Under the pieces are notes generated by a model that was not told the DNA's origin, ran no database searches, and saw only the letters and a program-made list of their open reading frames with translations. From an uncultured bacterium (GTDB taxonomy: Bacteria > Methylomirabilota > Methylomirabilia > Methylomirabilales > CSP1-5), in assembly GCA_964429865.1 (NCBI GenBank), contig CAYSDK010000001.1, positions 1 to 60,892 on the forward strand: a stretch of DNA of 60,892 nt. Reading direction: 5' to 3'. Below, piece after piece: positions 1 to 8,293 of this stretch. A program made the translations under genes and the position numbers. The stretch's first letter is position 1, and each line of letters opens with the position of its first letter.

Positions 1-140
1 CAGAACGGCTCGGCGGCCTTCAACATCGCGAATGTCTGCCGCCGGCTTCTCGAAGCGGCTCCGCTCTAGTTTCCCCTTCCTCTCGACGCTGCTCCAGGAG
101 ATGGTTCTCATGGCCAATCCCGACCTCGTGGAAGGGCCAG

Positions 141-476
141 ATGAAGCCCGCGCGAGGCCATATCGATCGCGCAGAGCCGATACTGGGTGAAACGTGTCCT
201 GGACCAGGGGAATATGCTAAGCCGGGGGTGATCCGCGAGTTTCATGCGTATGGTAACCAGGACACCGGGAAGCACGCCGATTATGATGCCCGCCATGCCT
301 TCGCACGGCATATGTCGGCTGAACGCCCGAACGTGATCGATGTGGGGAGAGTCCTGAAGGAGATGTTCGAGCGTGGGCAGGCCTGGGAAACAGTTAAGCC
401 GTACCTTGAATGTATCTTCGAGGTCGAAAATCCGGCCGCCAAAGCGTCCCCTGGTGCGGCCTTCGCAAGTGAATGA
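141..476 (+). CDS. hypothetical protein (111 aa)
   Basis: The ORF has a varied, protein-like composition (e.g. VLKEMFERGQAWETVKPYLECIFEVE). No family or clear SD was recognised. The same frame stays open to the window edge, and a competing antisense ORF (108..494) looks less protein-like. Confidence 0.3.
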   Translation: MKPARGHIDRAEPILGETCPGPGEYAKPGVIREFHAYGNQDTGKHADYDARHAFARHMSAERPNVIDVGRVLKEMFERGQAWETVKPYLECIFEVENPAAKASPGAAFASE

Positions 477-786
477 GATGGCGGCCGCTAACAAGTGCCC
501 GCTACGGCCAGGAAGAGTGGATCATTTCTGTGACGGAAAGCTAGCAGGCTGCTCTTAGCTTCGGGCCGGAAGAGCGGTGACGCTCTCGGGGATGCTTTGC
601 GTGTCCTCTAGGAGGCGACAGGCTACTTTTCGATGGCTTTGTCCTGGCGCACAACCTGACACTAACTCAGGGTGCCGTCAGCCATTTTACTGCCAGTATG
701 ATGCTGAAGGGTGAGTATCGCTAGGATGTTGCCGGACTCCGGCCTAAAGCCCTCCGAGTTGCGGGGAGGGGAGGGGTTGAGGTAGA

Positions 787-1059
787 ATGAAGCCACCTTT
801 ATATATATTGGAGGCAAGGGTGGCGAAGAGGAGGGTACATCTCAGCTTTCCGGGCAAGCTCAAGGACGAGCCGCTCTTGTGGCACACGTGCGAGCGGTTC
901 GACCTGGTCTTCAACATCCGCCAGGCCGACTACACCGAAGGGATGGGATGGCTGATGGCCGAGCTGGAAGGAGACGCGGAGCAGCTCGAAGAGGGGATCC
1001 GCTGGCTCGAGGAGCAAGGGGTCATCGTCGGCCCCATCGAGCAGGACGTGGTCCAGTGA
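787..1059 (+). CDS. stand-alone NIL-domain protein (MetN C-terminal-like ferredoxin-fold domain), copy 1
   Basis: 90 aa. It is alignable to the 75-aa ORF at 1320..1547 (SFPGKLKDEPLLWHTCERFDLVFNIRQA vs TYPSKLIKEPVLYRVAKDFKLVPNIRKA). The pattern matches the NIL domain of methionine ABC importers. A GAGG-type SD lies upstream. Confidence 0.7.
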   Translation: MKPPLYILEARVAKRRVHLSFPGKLKDEPLLWHTCERFDLVFNIRQADYTEGMGWLMAELEGDAEQLEEGIRWLEEQGVIVGPIEQDVVQ

Positions 1060-1068
1060 GTTTTTTGC

Positions 1069-1100
1069 TTGACAGCCCCGGAGGCGTTTGGTCTTATAGA
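1069..1100 (+). promoter_or_regulatory. candidate sigma70-type promoter for the riboswitch-controlled operon
   Basis: TTGACA at 1069-1074 is followed 17-20 nt later by the A/T-rich 'tcttataga'. This sits ~25 nt upstream of riboswitch helix P1. Confidence 0.4.
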
Positions 1101-1122
1101 GCGACAATTGAATAGAAGTTCA

Positions 1123-1306
1123 CTTCTCATCAAGAGCGGCTGAGGGACAGGCCCTAGGAAGCCGCGGCAACGGTCCCGCCGACCTGGTCGGCGGGAAGAC
1201 GTGCCAACTCCTACATCCCGATCTCGCGTGTCGGGGTGAGAGATGAGAAGGTGGATGCGCAGACGTCGTGCAAACCCCTTCTCATGCGGAGAAGGGGCTT
1301 TTTTTT
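1123..1306 (+). promoter_or_regulatory. SAM-I (S-box) riboswitch: aptamer 1123-1250 plus terminator/antiterminator expression platform
   Basis: Helix P1 pairs cuucucauc (1123-1131) with gaugagaag (1242-1250). The conserved core is present: AUCAAGAG-GG-GAGGGAC-GGCCC--GAAGCC--GCAAC ... GUGCCAA-UCC ... AGAGAUGAG. The P1 3' strand (1243-1251) can alternatively pair with the terminator 5' arm (ccuucucau, 1277-1285), which is the classic SAM-off design. Confidence 0.9.
1275..1306 (+). terminator. intrinsic terminator of the SAM riboswitch expression platform
   Basis: Stem ccccttctc (1275-1283) / gagaagggg (1289-1297) with loop atgcg, followed by c + T8 (1298-1306). Confidence 0.85.
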
Positions 1307-1319
1307 GGAGTGAACGAGT

Positions 1320-1547
1320 ATGGCGACGCGACGGTGGTCGTTGACATACCCCTCGAAGCTCATCAAAGAACCGGTGCTGTACCGGGTGGCGAAGGACTTC
1401 AAGCTCGTCCCCAACATCCGGAAGGCCCGGGTGACCGAGACGACCGGCGAGGTGCTCGTCGATTTTTCCGGCAAGGAGGAGGACCTCAAGAAGGGATTGA
1501 ACTATCTCACCGGTCTCGGGATCACGGTGAAGGAAGTGCGGGAGTAG
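1320..1547 (+). CDS. stand-alone NIL-domain protein, copy 2 (first gene downstream of the SAM riboswitch)
   Basis: 75 aa and paralogous to 787..1059. A GGAG SD lies 8 nt upstream of the ATG. Confidence 0.75.
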   Translation: MATRRWSLTYPSKLIKEPVLYRVAKDFKLVPNIRKARVTETTGEVLVDFSGKEEDLKKGLNYLTGLGITVKEVRE

Positions 1548-1566
1548 TCGCGATCAGGAGGGTTCG

Positions 1567-2847
1567 ATGGCCAAGATCAAAGGGCTGAAGTGCCGCGAGT
1601 GCGGTCGCCCGTATCCGGCCGAGCCGCTGCATGTCTGCGAATTCTGCTTTGGCCCGCTCGAAGTCGAGTACGATTACGCGAGCCTGCAGAAGACCGTCAC
1701 TCGCAAGCGGATCGAGGCCGGCCCGCCGAGCATGTGGCGGTATCGCGACCTGCTTCCCGTCGACGAGGAGCTGTCGGTGGGGAGGCACTGCGGCATGACC
1801 CCCCTGATCCGGGCGAGGAACCTCGCCGACGCCTTGGGGGCCAAGGAGGTGTACATCAAGAACGATGCGGTCTGCCATCCCACCCTCTCCTTTAAGGATC
1901 GGGTGGTGGCGGTCGCGGTGACCAAGGCGATGGAATTCGGCTTCACCGTGGTCGCCTGCGCCTCGACAGGAAACCTGGCCAACTCCGTCGCCGCCCATGC
2001 GGCCGAGGCAAGGCTGAAGAGTTTCATCTTTATCCCGGCCGACCTGGAGCAGGGCAAGATCGTCGGCACCCTGATCTATGACCCGGTGCTGGTGGCCGTG
2101 GATGGCAACTACGACGAGGTTAACCGCCTCTGCAGCGAGGTGGCCGACAAGTATGGCTGGGCCTTTGTGAATATCAACATCCGGCCGTACTACGCGGAGG
2201 GGTCCAAGAGCTTCGGCTACGAGATTGTCGAGCAGCTCGGCTGGCGCACGCCCCGACATATCGTGGTCCCCGCGGCCGGTGGGTCGCTCGTCACGAAGAT
2301 CTGGAAGGCGCTCAAGGAGTTTCACGGGTTGGGATTGATCCCGGACTGTGCAACCCGGATGCATGTGGCCCAGGCAGCGGGCAGCAGTCCCATCGCGACG
2401 GCCATTCGCAACCGGTCCGAGACCATCCGCCCGGTCCGCCCCAACACGATTTGCAAGTCGTTGGCCATCGGCAACCCGGCAGACGGATACTATGCGTACA
2501 AGGCGGTCGAGGAGAGTCGGGGCTACGCCGCGGACGCGAGCGACGAAGAGATCATTAATGGGATGACCCTCCTCGCCGCGACCGAGGGGATCTTCACCGA
2601 AACCGCCGGTGGGGTCACGGTAGCCGCCGCCAAACGGCTTCTGGAGGACGGCGTCATCCCCCGCGACGAGAGCGTCGTGCTCTCGATCACCGGAAACGGG
2701 CTCAAGACACAGGAGGTGGTGGGAGGCGTCCTCAAACCACCCCTTTCCATCAAGCCGACTCTAAAATCGTTTGACGCGGTGATCGCGGAACGGCCGGATC
2801 TCGGGGCCGATGTCGTCTCCAGGGCTTCGAACGCCCGTCGTGGATAG
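1567..2847 (+). CDS. thrC: threonine synthase family PLP enzyme with N-terminal zinc ribbon (ThrC-like; possibly a MetM-type O-phosphohomoserine-dependent homocysteine synthase)
   Basis: N-terminal CRECG...CEFCFG zinc ribbon. PLP-lysine motif HPTLSFKDR. Glycine-rich loops CASTGN and GSS. AGGAGG SD. 426 aa. Confidence 0.85.
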   Translation: MAKIKGLKCRECGRPYPAEPLHVCEFCFGPLEVEYDYASLQKTVTRKRIEAGPPSMWRYRDLLPVDEELSVGRHCGMTPLIRARNLADALGAKEVYIKNDAVCHPTLSFKDRVVAVAVTKAMEFGFTVVACASTGNLANSVAAHAAEARLKSFIFIPADLEQGKIVGTLIYDPVLVAVDGNYDEVNRLCSEVADKYGWAFVNINIRPYYAEGSKSFGYEIVEQLGWRTPRHIVVPAAGGSLVTKIWKALKEFHGLGLIPDCATRMHVAQAAGSSPIATAIRNRSETIRPVRPNTICKSLAIGNPADGYYAYKAVEESRGYAADASDEEIINGMTLLAATEGIFTETAGGVTVAAAKRLLEDGVIPRDESVVLSITGNGLKTQEVVGGVLKPPLSIKPTLKSFDAVIAERPDLGADVVSRASNARRG

Positions 2848-2862
2848 GGGAGGGAGAACCGC

Positions 2863-3138
2863 ATGAGCGTCCTCGTCCGGATTCCGACACCCCTCCGAAC
2901 CCTGACCAACGGACAGGCCGAGGTTCAAGCAGAAGGGAGCTCTATCCGGGAGCTGATCGACAACCTGGAGGGGCGTTACCAGGGATTGAAAGAACGGCTC
3001 TGTGAGGGGAAGGACATCCGCCGCTTCATTAATGTCTACGTGAACGAAGAGGATATCCGATTCCTCCAAGGCACCGCGACCCCGCTGAAACCCGGAGATC
3101 GGGTTTCCATCGTTCCTGCCATCGCCGGAGGGAGATAA
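2863..3138 (+). CDS. MoaD/ThiS-family ubiquitin-like sulfur-carrier protein, C-terminus ...AIAGG-R
   Basis: 91 aa with beta-grasp family features: LRTLTNG, an FINVYVNEE-type core, [17 protein letters not shown], then one extra Arg before the stop. Strong SD (GGGAGGGAG). Confidence 0.8.
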   Translation: MSVLVRIPTPLRTLTNGQAEVQAEGSSIRELIDNLEGRYQGLKERLCEGKDIRRFINVYVNEEDIRFLQGTATPLKPGDRVSIVPAIAGGR

Positions 3139-3158
3139 TTCCATCCCAACACATATGC

Positions 3159-3203
3159 AGGCCAAGTGTCAGGCCGAGATCCCGACACTTGGCCTTTTCT
3201 TTT
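3159..3203 (+). terminator. intrinsic terminator closing the NIL-thrC-moaD-like operon
   Basis: 12-bp stem aggccaagtgtc (3159-3170) / gacacttggcct (3184-3195), followed by ttttcttttg. Confidence 0.8.
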
Positions 3204-3665
3204 GCGATAGGGGTGGCTTGGTCTGGGTTTTGCAGAACGGTTGCGACGCGTGAATCAAAAAGGAAAGGGGGTGAGACAGGTGGATCGAAAGGGACACAAC
3301 CCGAAGGCGTGGTACGAGCGCGAGGAGCGTCGTGGCCTCAAGCGGTCGCAGCCCAGACGGACGCGCAAGGAGGGAGAAAAGGAGGGGAAGAAAGGCGGCG
3401 GAGGGAGAACCACCCCGGAGGAATGGTGGGAGAAAAACTCTTGACATAGCCGCTTCCCTTCCCGCATCTTTGGTGTCAGGGCGATCGAATGAGCGCTCGG
3501 TCAATCTCCCTGCAGCCTATCCTCTATTATATTATTATTATCTGATCTACCAGGGCATCTTTTTGCGGTCACGGATCTGGTCCTTGGGGGATCATGAATC
3601 ACTCAAGCGTCAAAAGAGCCCTCCCGTCGAACCGAAGGTTCCCTCGTTAAAGTAATGGATGAACA

Positions 3666-4547
3666 ATGACGGGCGAAGCGGCGCTGAGGACGGACATTAA
3701 GGTCATCGGCGTGGTCGGGGCTGGGACCATGGGTCACGGCATCGCCCAGGTGGCCCTGCAGTCTGGATTGCAGGTTTTCCTGCACGATCTGGAAGAGGCG
3801 ATTCTGAAGCGGGCCCGAGAGCGCATCGCGGCAGGCCTTGCCAAGGGGGTGAGGAGGGGAAAGTTCGGCGAGGACGAAAAGGAAGAAATGCTCAAGGGGC
3901 TCGTCCTCACGATCACCCCGTTGGATCTATCCGCCGCCGACTTTGTGATCGAGGCGGTCATCGAGGACTTGGCCGTCAAGCGGACCCTATTTCAGGACCT
4001 GGACCGGATCGCGAGACCCGAAGTCATCCTGGCCACCAACACCTCCTCACTCCCCATTACAAAAATCGCCTCGACGACCTCCCGGCCATTCCAAGTCATC
4101 GGCATGCACTTTTTCAACCCGGTCCCGCTGATGCCCTTGGTCGAGGTGATCCGCGGGCTCGCCACCGCTGACGAGACGGTCACGGCCACGGTCCGGCTGG
4201 CAGAGCGACTCGGGAAGACCCCGGTGGAGGTCCGCGACAGTCCCGGCTTCATCTCGAGCCGCATCCTTGCATCCATGGTCAACGAAGCGTGCTATCTTCT
4301 CATGGAGGGGGTCGGCACCGCCGAGGCGATCGACACCGTGATGAAGCTGGGGGCCAACCATCCGATGGGCCCGTTGGCGCTCGGCGATCTGATCGGCCTC
4401 GACGTCTGCCTGGCCGTCATGCGGACGCTGTACGAGGGGATCGGCGATCCCAAGTACCGTCCCTGCCCCCTGCTGGTCCAGATGGTGGACGCGGGGTATC
4501 TGGGGCGAAAGAGTGGGCGGGGGTTTTACACCTACGAGAAGGGCTAG
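3666..4547 (+). CDS. hbd: 3-hydroxybutyryl-CoA (3-hydroxyacyl-CoA) dehydrogenase, NAD-binding
   Basis: N-terminal Rossmann motif IGVVGAGTMGHGIAQ. HFFNPVP motif. C-terminal 3HCDH domain (MGPLALGDLIGLD). Confidence 0.9.
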   Translation: MTGEAALRTDIKVIGVVGAGTMGHGIAQVALQSGLQVFLHDLEEAILKRARERIAAGLAKGVRRGKFGEDEKEEMLKGLVLTITPLDLSAADFVIEAVIEDLAVKRTLFQDLDRIARPEVILATNTSSLPITKIASTTSRPFQVIGMHFFNPVPLMPLVEVIRGLATADETVTATVRLAERLGKTPVEVRDSPGFISSRILASMVNEACYLLMEGVGTAEAIDTVMKLGANHPMGPLALGDLIGLDVCLAVMRTLYEGIGDPKYRPCPLLVQMVDAGYLGRKSGRGFYTYEKG

Positions 4548-4551
4548 CGAC

Positions 4552-5334
4552 GTGGAGTACAAGCATCTCATCTATGAGGCGGCTTCTGGGATCGCCACCA
4601 TCACGCTGAACCGCCCGAAGGTCATGAACGCCCTGAGCCTGGCGCTCGCTCGGGAGCTCCTGCAGGCCGCCACCCGGGCCGAAGGCAATCCCGCCATCCG
4701 TGCCCTGATTGTCACCGGCGCCGGCGAGAGGGCCTTTGCCGCCGGAGCAGATATCGCTGCCTTCAGGAACATGGGCGCGGGAGAGGCCCTGGGCTTTCTC
4801 ACAGAGGTCCAGGCCGTGATGAATCGGATCGAACGGCTGAAGAAGCCGGTCCTGGCCGCCGTGAACGGGTATGCGCTGGGCGCCGGCTGTGAGCTGGCCA
4901 TGGCCTGCGACATGATCTATGCCGCCGAGACGGCGAAGTTCGGCCTGCCGGAGGTGAATCTGGGGATCATCCCGGGCGGGGGCGGGACCCAGCGCCTCCC
5001 CCGTCGTGTCGGAGGTGCGCGGGCGAAGGAATTGATCTATACCGGCGAGATGATCGACGCGCAGGAGGCGTACCGGATCGGCCTGGTGAACAGGGTGTTC
5101 CCTGCCCCAGAGCTCATGGCCGGGACGAGGAAGCTGGCCGAAAAGATCGCCCTCAAGGGCGCGGGTGCGATCGAATCCGCCAAGAAGGCTATCACCGAGG
5201 GGGCGGACCTCGATCTCAAGCGGGCACTGGCGCTCGAGGCCAAGGCCTGCGCGCTGTGCTTTGACACCGAGGACAAAACAGAAGGGGTGAGCGCCTTCCT
5301 CGAGAAGCGGGAGCCCCGCTTCAAGGGAAGATAG
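4552..5334 (+). CDS. crt: enoyl-CoA hydratase (crotonase family)
   Basis: [25 protein letters not shown] and [16 protein letters not shown] motifs. The start is set at GTG 4552, just after the hbd stop; the longer ORF from 4513 would overlap hbd. Confidence 0.88.
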   Translation: MEYKHLIYEAASGIATITLNRPKVMNALSLALARELLQAATRAEGNPAIRALIVTGAGERAFAAGADIAAFRNMGAGEALGFLTEVQAVMNRIERLKKPVLAAVNGYALGAGCELAMACDMIYAAETAKFGLPEVNLGIIPGGGGTQRLPRRVGGARAKELIYTGEMIDAQEAYRIGLVNRVFPAPELMAGTRKLAEKIALKGAGAIESAKKAITEGADLDLKRALALEAKACALCFDTEDKTEGVSAFLEKREPRFKGR

Positions 5335-5346
5335 GCGGGGAGGGGC

Positions 5347-6486
5347 ATGGATCTCGGGTTGAGCCCACGGCAGGAGATCTTCCGGGACATGGTCCGGGAC
5401 TTTGCCGAGACAGAGGTGGCGCCCCGGGCCGCCGCCGTCGATGCAGAGGCGCGTTTCCCCGCCCAGACGATCAGGATGATGGGAGCGCTCGGCCTCATGG
5501 GGGTCGCCATCCCGGAAGAGTATGGCGGAGCGGGCGCGGATACGATCTGCTATGTCATCGCCATTGAGGAGATCAGCCGCGCCTGCGCCTCCACCGGGGT
5601 TATCATGTCGATCAATAACTCCATGGTCTGCGACCTCGTCCACAAGTTCGGCGATGAGCGGCAGAAGCGACGGTTCTTGATCCCTCTCGCCCGGGGTGAG
5701 CAGCTGGGCTGTTTCTGCCTGAGCGAGCCCGACGCCGGCTCCGATGCGGGCAATCTGCGCGTCACCGCGCTGGCCGAGGGCGATCACTTCGTCCTGAACG
5801 GAGTCAAGAATTTCATCACGAACGGCCGCGAGGCGGATATCGCCATCGTGTTCGCCACGGTCGACCGCCAGCTCAAGCACAAGGGGATCTCTGCCCTGGT
5901 CGTCGAGAAGGGGACGCCGGGATTTCAGGTGCTCAAGGAGGAGAGCAAGCTGGGGGTCCGGGGCAGCAGCACGTGCCAGCTTCTCTTCGAGCATTGCCGG
6001 GTCCCCCGGGAGAACCTCCTGGGAGAGATCGGCGAGGGCTTCAGGATCGCCATGGCCTCCCTCGATGGAGGCCGGATCGGGATCGCCGCACAGGCGGTCG
6101 GAATCGCCCGCGCCGCCCTCGAGGCCTCTCTCCAGTACGCCCGGGGCCGCGTCCAGTTCGGAAGGCCCATCGCCTCCTTTCAGGCCATCCAGTTCCTCCT
6201 CGCGGATATGGCGACCCGCGTCGATGCCGCGCGTCTCCTCACCTACCGGGCCGCCTCTCTGAGAGATTGCGGGGCCCCATACACCGCGGAGGGCTCCATG
6301 GCCAAGCTCTCTGCGTCGGAGGTCGCCATGTGGGTGACCACCAAGGCCATCCAGATCTATGGGGGATACGGGTATATCACTGACTACCCGGTCCAGCGCC
6401 ACTTCCGGGACGCGAAGGTCACCGAGATCTACGAAGGGACTTCAGAGATCCAACGGCTGGTCATCGCCGAACATCTCCTGGGATAG
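5347..6486 (+). CDS. short-chain (butyryl-type) acyl-CoA dehydrogenase
   Basis: ACAD N/M/C domains: CFCLSEPDAGSDA, KNFITNG, and YEGTSEIQRLVIA at the C-terminus. Good SD. Confidence 0.9.
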   Translation: MDLGLSPRQEIFRDMVRDFAETEVAPRAAAVDAEARFPAQTIRMMGALGLMGVAIPEEYGGAGADTICYVIAIEEISRACASTGVIMSINNSMVCDLVHKFGDERQKRRFLIPLARGEQLGCFCLSEPDAGSDAGNLRVTALAEGDHFVLNGVKNFITNGREADIAIVFATVDRQLKHKGISALVVEKGTPGFQVLKEESKLGVRGSSTCQLLFEHCRVPRENLLGEIGEGFRIAMASLDGGRIGIAAQAVGIARAALEASLQYARGRVQFGRPIASFQAIQFLLADMATRVDAARLLTYRAASLRDCGAPYTAEGSMAKLSASEVAMWVTTKAIQIYGGYGYITDYPVQRHFRDAKVTEIYEGTSEIQRLVIAEHLLG

Positions 6487-6509
6487 CCCCTGGAAGAATC
6501 GGGGACGTG

Positions 6510-7307
6510 ATGCGCATCGTCGTCTGTGTCAAACAGGTCATCGACCCAGAGCTTCCCGCCAGTCAGTTCCGCATCGATGCGGAGTCCAAACGGCAGCGGC
6601 CGAATGGCCACCCCCTCGTCATCAGCCCGTATGACGAGAATGCCCTGGAGGTTGCCCTCACGCTTAAGGAGAAGACGGGCGGCACGGTAGCGGTGGTGAG
6701 CGCGGGGGAGCCGTCGGCGATCAGCGCGCTTCGCAAAGGGCTCGCCATGGGCGCGGACGAGGCCGCCTTGATCAGCGATCCCGCCCTCGCCGGATCGGAT
6801 GCCTTCGGCCTCGCCGTCGCCTTGGCCCGCGGGATACAGAAACTCGGCACCCCCGATCTGGTCCTGTGCGGCTGTGAGTCCGGGGACTGGGCCGACAGGA
6901 CCGTGGGTCCCATCCTGGCCGAGGCGCTCGATATCCCATGCGTCTCCTTTGTGGCCCAGGTGGAGGCGCAGGACGGCCGGCTGCGCATGCGGCGCGTCGT
7001 GGAGGAGGGCTACGAGATCTGGGAGGGCGCGCCACCTCTGTTGCTCACCATTCTCAGTCACGAGTCGAATGTCCCCAGGTATCCAAAGGTCAAGGACATC
7101 ATGACCGCCTCCCGGCGATCGATCCCGACGTGGTCAGCCGGCGACCTGGGCGTCGAGGCCGGCGATATTGGGAAGGCGGCCATGCGAACAGAAGTCCAGC
7201 AGCTCACGCTTCCGAGTCGAGAGTCCCGCTGTGAGTTGCTGGACGGCCAGCCGGCGCAGCAGGTCACGACCCTGATCACGAGACTCCGCGAGCGGAAGGC
7301 GATCTAG
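6510..7307 (+). CDS. etfB: electron transfer flavoprotein beta subunit
   Basis: MRIVVCVKQVIDPE N-terminus typical of EtfB. A GTG at 6507 is an alternative start. Confidence 0.9.
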   Translation: MRIVVCVKQVIDPELPASQFRIDAESKRQRPNGHPLVISPYDENALEVALTLKEKTGGTVAVVSAGEPSAISALRKGLAMGADEAALISDPALAGSDAFGLAVALARGIQKLGTPDLVLCGCESGDWADRTVGPILAEALDIPCVSFVAQVEAQDGRLRMRRVVEEGYEIWEGAPPLLLTILSHESNVPRYPKVKDIMTASRRSIPTWSAGDLGVEAGDIGKAAMRTEVQQLTLPSRESRCELLDGQPAQQVTTLITRLRERKAI

Positions 7308-7309
7308 CC

Positions 7310-8290
7310 ATGCCCGGCATCCTTGTCCTCGGCACGATCGAGAACGGGGTCCCATCCCGCTCAACACTGGAGCTCTTGACCGGCGCGAAGAGACTCGCTG
7401 CGGGGCTTCAGGAAGGTGTCTCTGTCGGACTCCTGGGGCCAGGGGGTGCGGCGTCGCTGTACCGTTACGGGGTCGAAGTCGTCTACCGGGCCAATGATCC
7501 GCTCCTGAAGGAATATCAGGCGGATCTGTACCTGCTGGCGCTCCAGCGGATCGCCCAGGCCGCCGGCGCCAGGGTTCTCCTGCTGCCCGGAGACTCCCTC
7601 GGCCGGGACCTCGCCGCTCGCCTCGCCTTTCGCCTCAAGGCAGGCGTCGTCACGGACGTGATCGAGATTGACATCGAGGGCTCCGAAAAGATGCCGCGCT
7701 TCACACGCCCCGCGTACGGGGGCAAAGCGGCGGCGGTCATCGTTCCCAAGCGCTTTCCCGTCGTAGTGACCTTGAAGCCGCGGACCTTCGATCCCGCTGG
7801 ACCTGCGGGCCAGGGGGAAGGGAAGGAGGTCCCGGTCGAGATCTCATTGGATCCGGCCCAGGCCCGCACCCGGATGGTGGAGCGGGTCCAGGAGGAGACG
7901 ACGGGGGTCAAGCTCGAGGATGCACGGGCGGTGGTCTCCGGTGGCCGTGGACTCGGAGGGCCCGAGGGCTTTACCCTCCTGGTAGAGTTAGCCCGCATCC
8001 TTAAGGGGGCGGTGGGGGCGTCCCGGGCTGCGACCGATGCCGGGTGGGTTCCCTCATCGATGCAGGTCGGCCAGACCGGCAAGACCGTCAGCCCGGATCT
8101 CTATATCGCCGTGGGCATCTCGGGTGCGACCCAACATGTCGCGGGGATCAGCGGCGCCAGGACCATTGTGGCCATCAACGCCGATCCGGAGGCCCCCATC
8201 TTCAAGGTGGCTCACCTGGGGATCGTGGGGGATTACAAGGCCGTTCTCCCTCCCTTGATTGCGAAGTGCCGGGAACTCATGGGGAGTTGA
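7310..8290 (+). CDS. etfA: electron transfer flavoprotein alpha subunit
   Basis: C-terminal FAD-binding signature [28 protein letters not shown]. Directly follows etfB. Confidence 0.9.
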   Translation: MPGILVLGTIENGVPSRSTLELLTGAKRLAAGLQEGVSVGLLGPGGAASLYRYGVEVVYRANDPLLKEYQADLYLLALQRIAQAAGARVLLLPGDSLGRDLAARLAFRLKAGVVTDVIEIDIEGSEKMPRFTRPAYGGKAAAVIVPKRFPVVVTLKPRTFDPAGPAGQGEGKEVPVEISLDPAQARTRMVERVQEETTGVKLEDARAVVSGGRGLGGPEGFTLLVELARILKGAVGASRAATDAGWVPSSMQVGQTGKTVSPDLYIAVGISGATQHVAGISGARTIVAINADPEAPIFKVAHLGIVGDYKAVLPPLIAKCRELMGS

Positions 8291-8293
8291 AGC

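Noticed and set aside
1-69. Partial ORFs at the window edges: a 22-codon 3' end (…NGSAAFNIANVCRRLLEAAPL*) at 1..69(+) and a possible 5' start (MARPGLLASLARSWVGTGLA…) at 60832..60892(+).
   Set aside because: Both are too short to assign or even to confirm as coding.
495-786. A possible second SAM-class or SAH riboswitch upstream of the first NIL gene.
   Set aside because: No S-box, SAM-II or SAH core motifs could be matched by eye. Only generic hairpins were seen, such as an anti-SD-like ccctcc/ggaggg pair near 750-775.
3241-3444. A 67-aa highly basic ORF (MRRVNQKGKGVRQ...) in the purine-rich spacer.
   Set aside because: It has a TTG start without an SD. Its composition simply mirrors the polypurine tract (Lys/Arg/Glu/Gly). 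It is treated as a property of the repeat-like DNA, not a gene.
4417-6402. Very long antisense ORFs opposite clearly identified genes: 4417..6402(-), 11175..12308(-), 27878..30481(-), 38128..39639(-), 42623..44182(-), 46206..48350(-), 51066..52316(-).
   Set aside because: These are typical stop-poor mirror frames of GC-rich coding DNA. Their translations are Arg/Pro/Gly/Asp-rich with no recognisable motifs, whereas the sense frames carry unambiguous family signatures.
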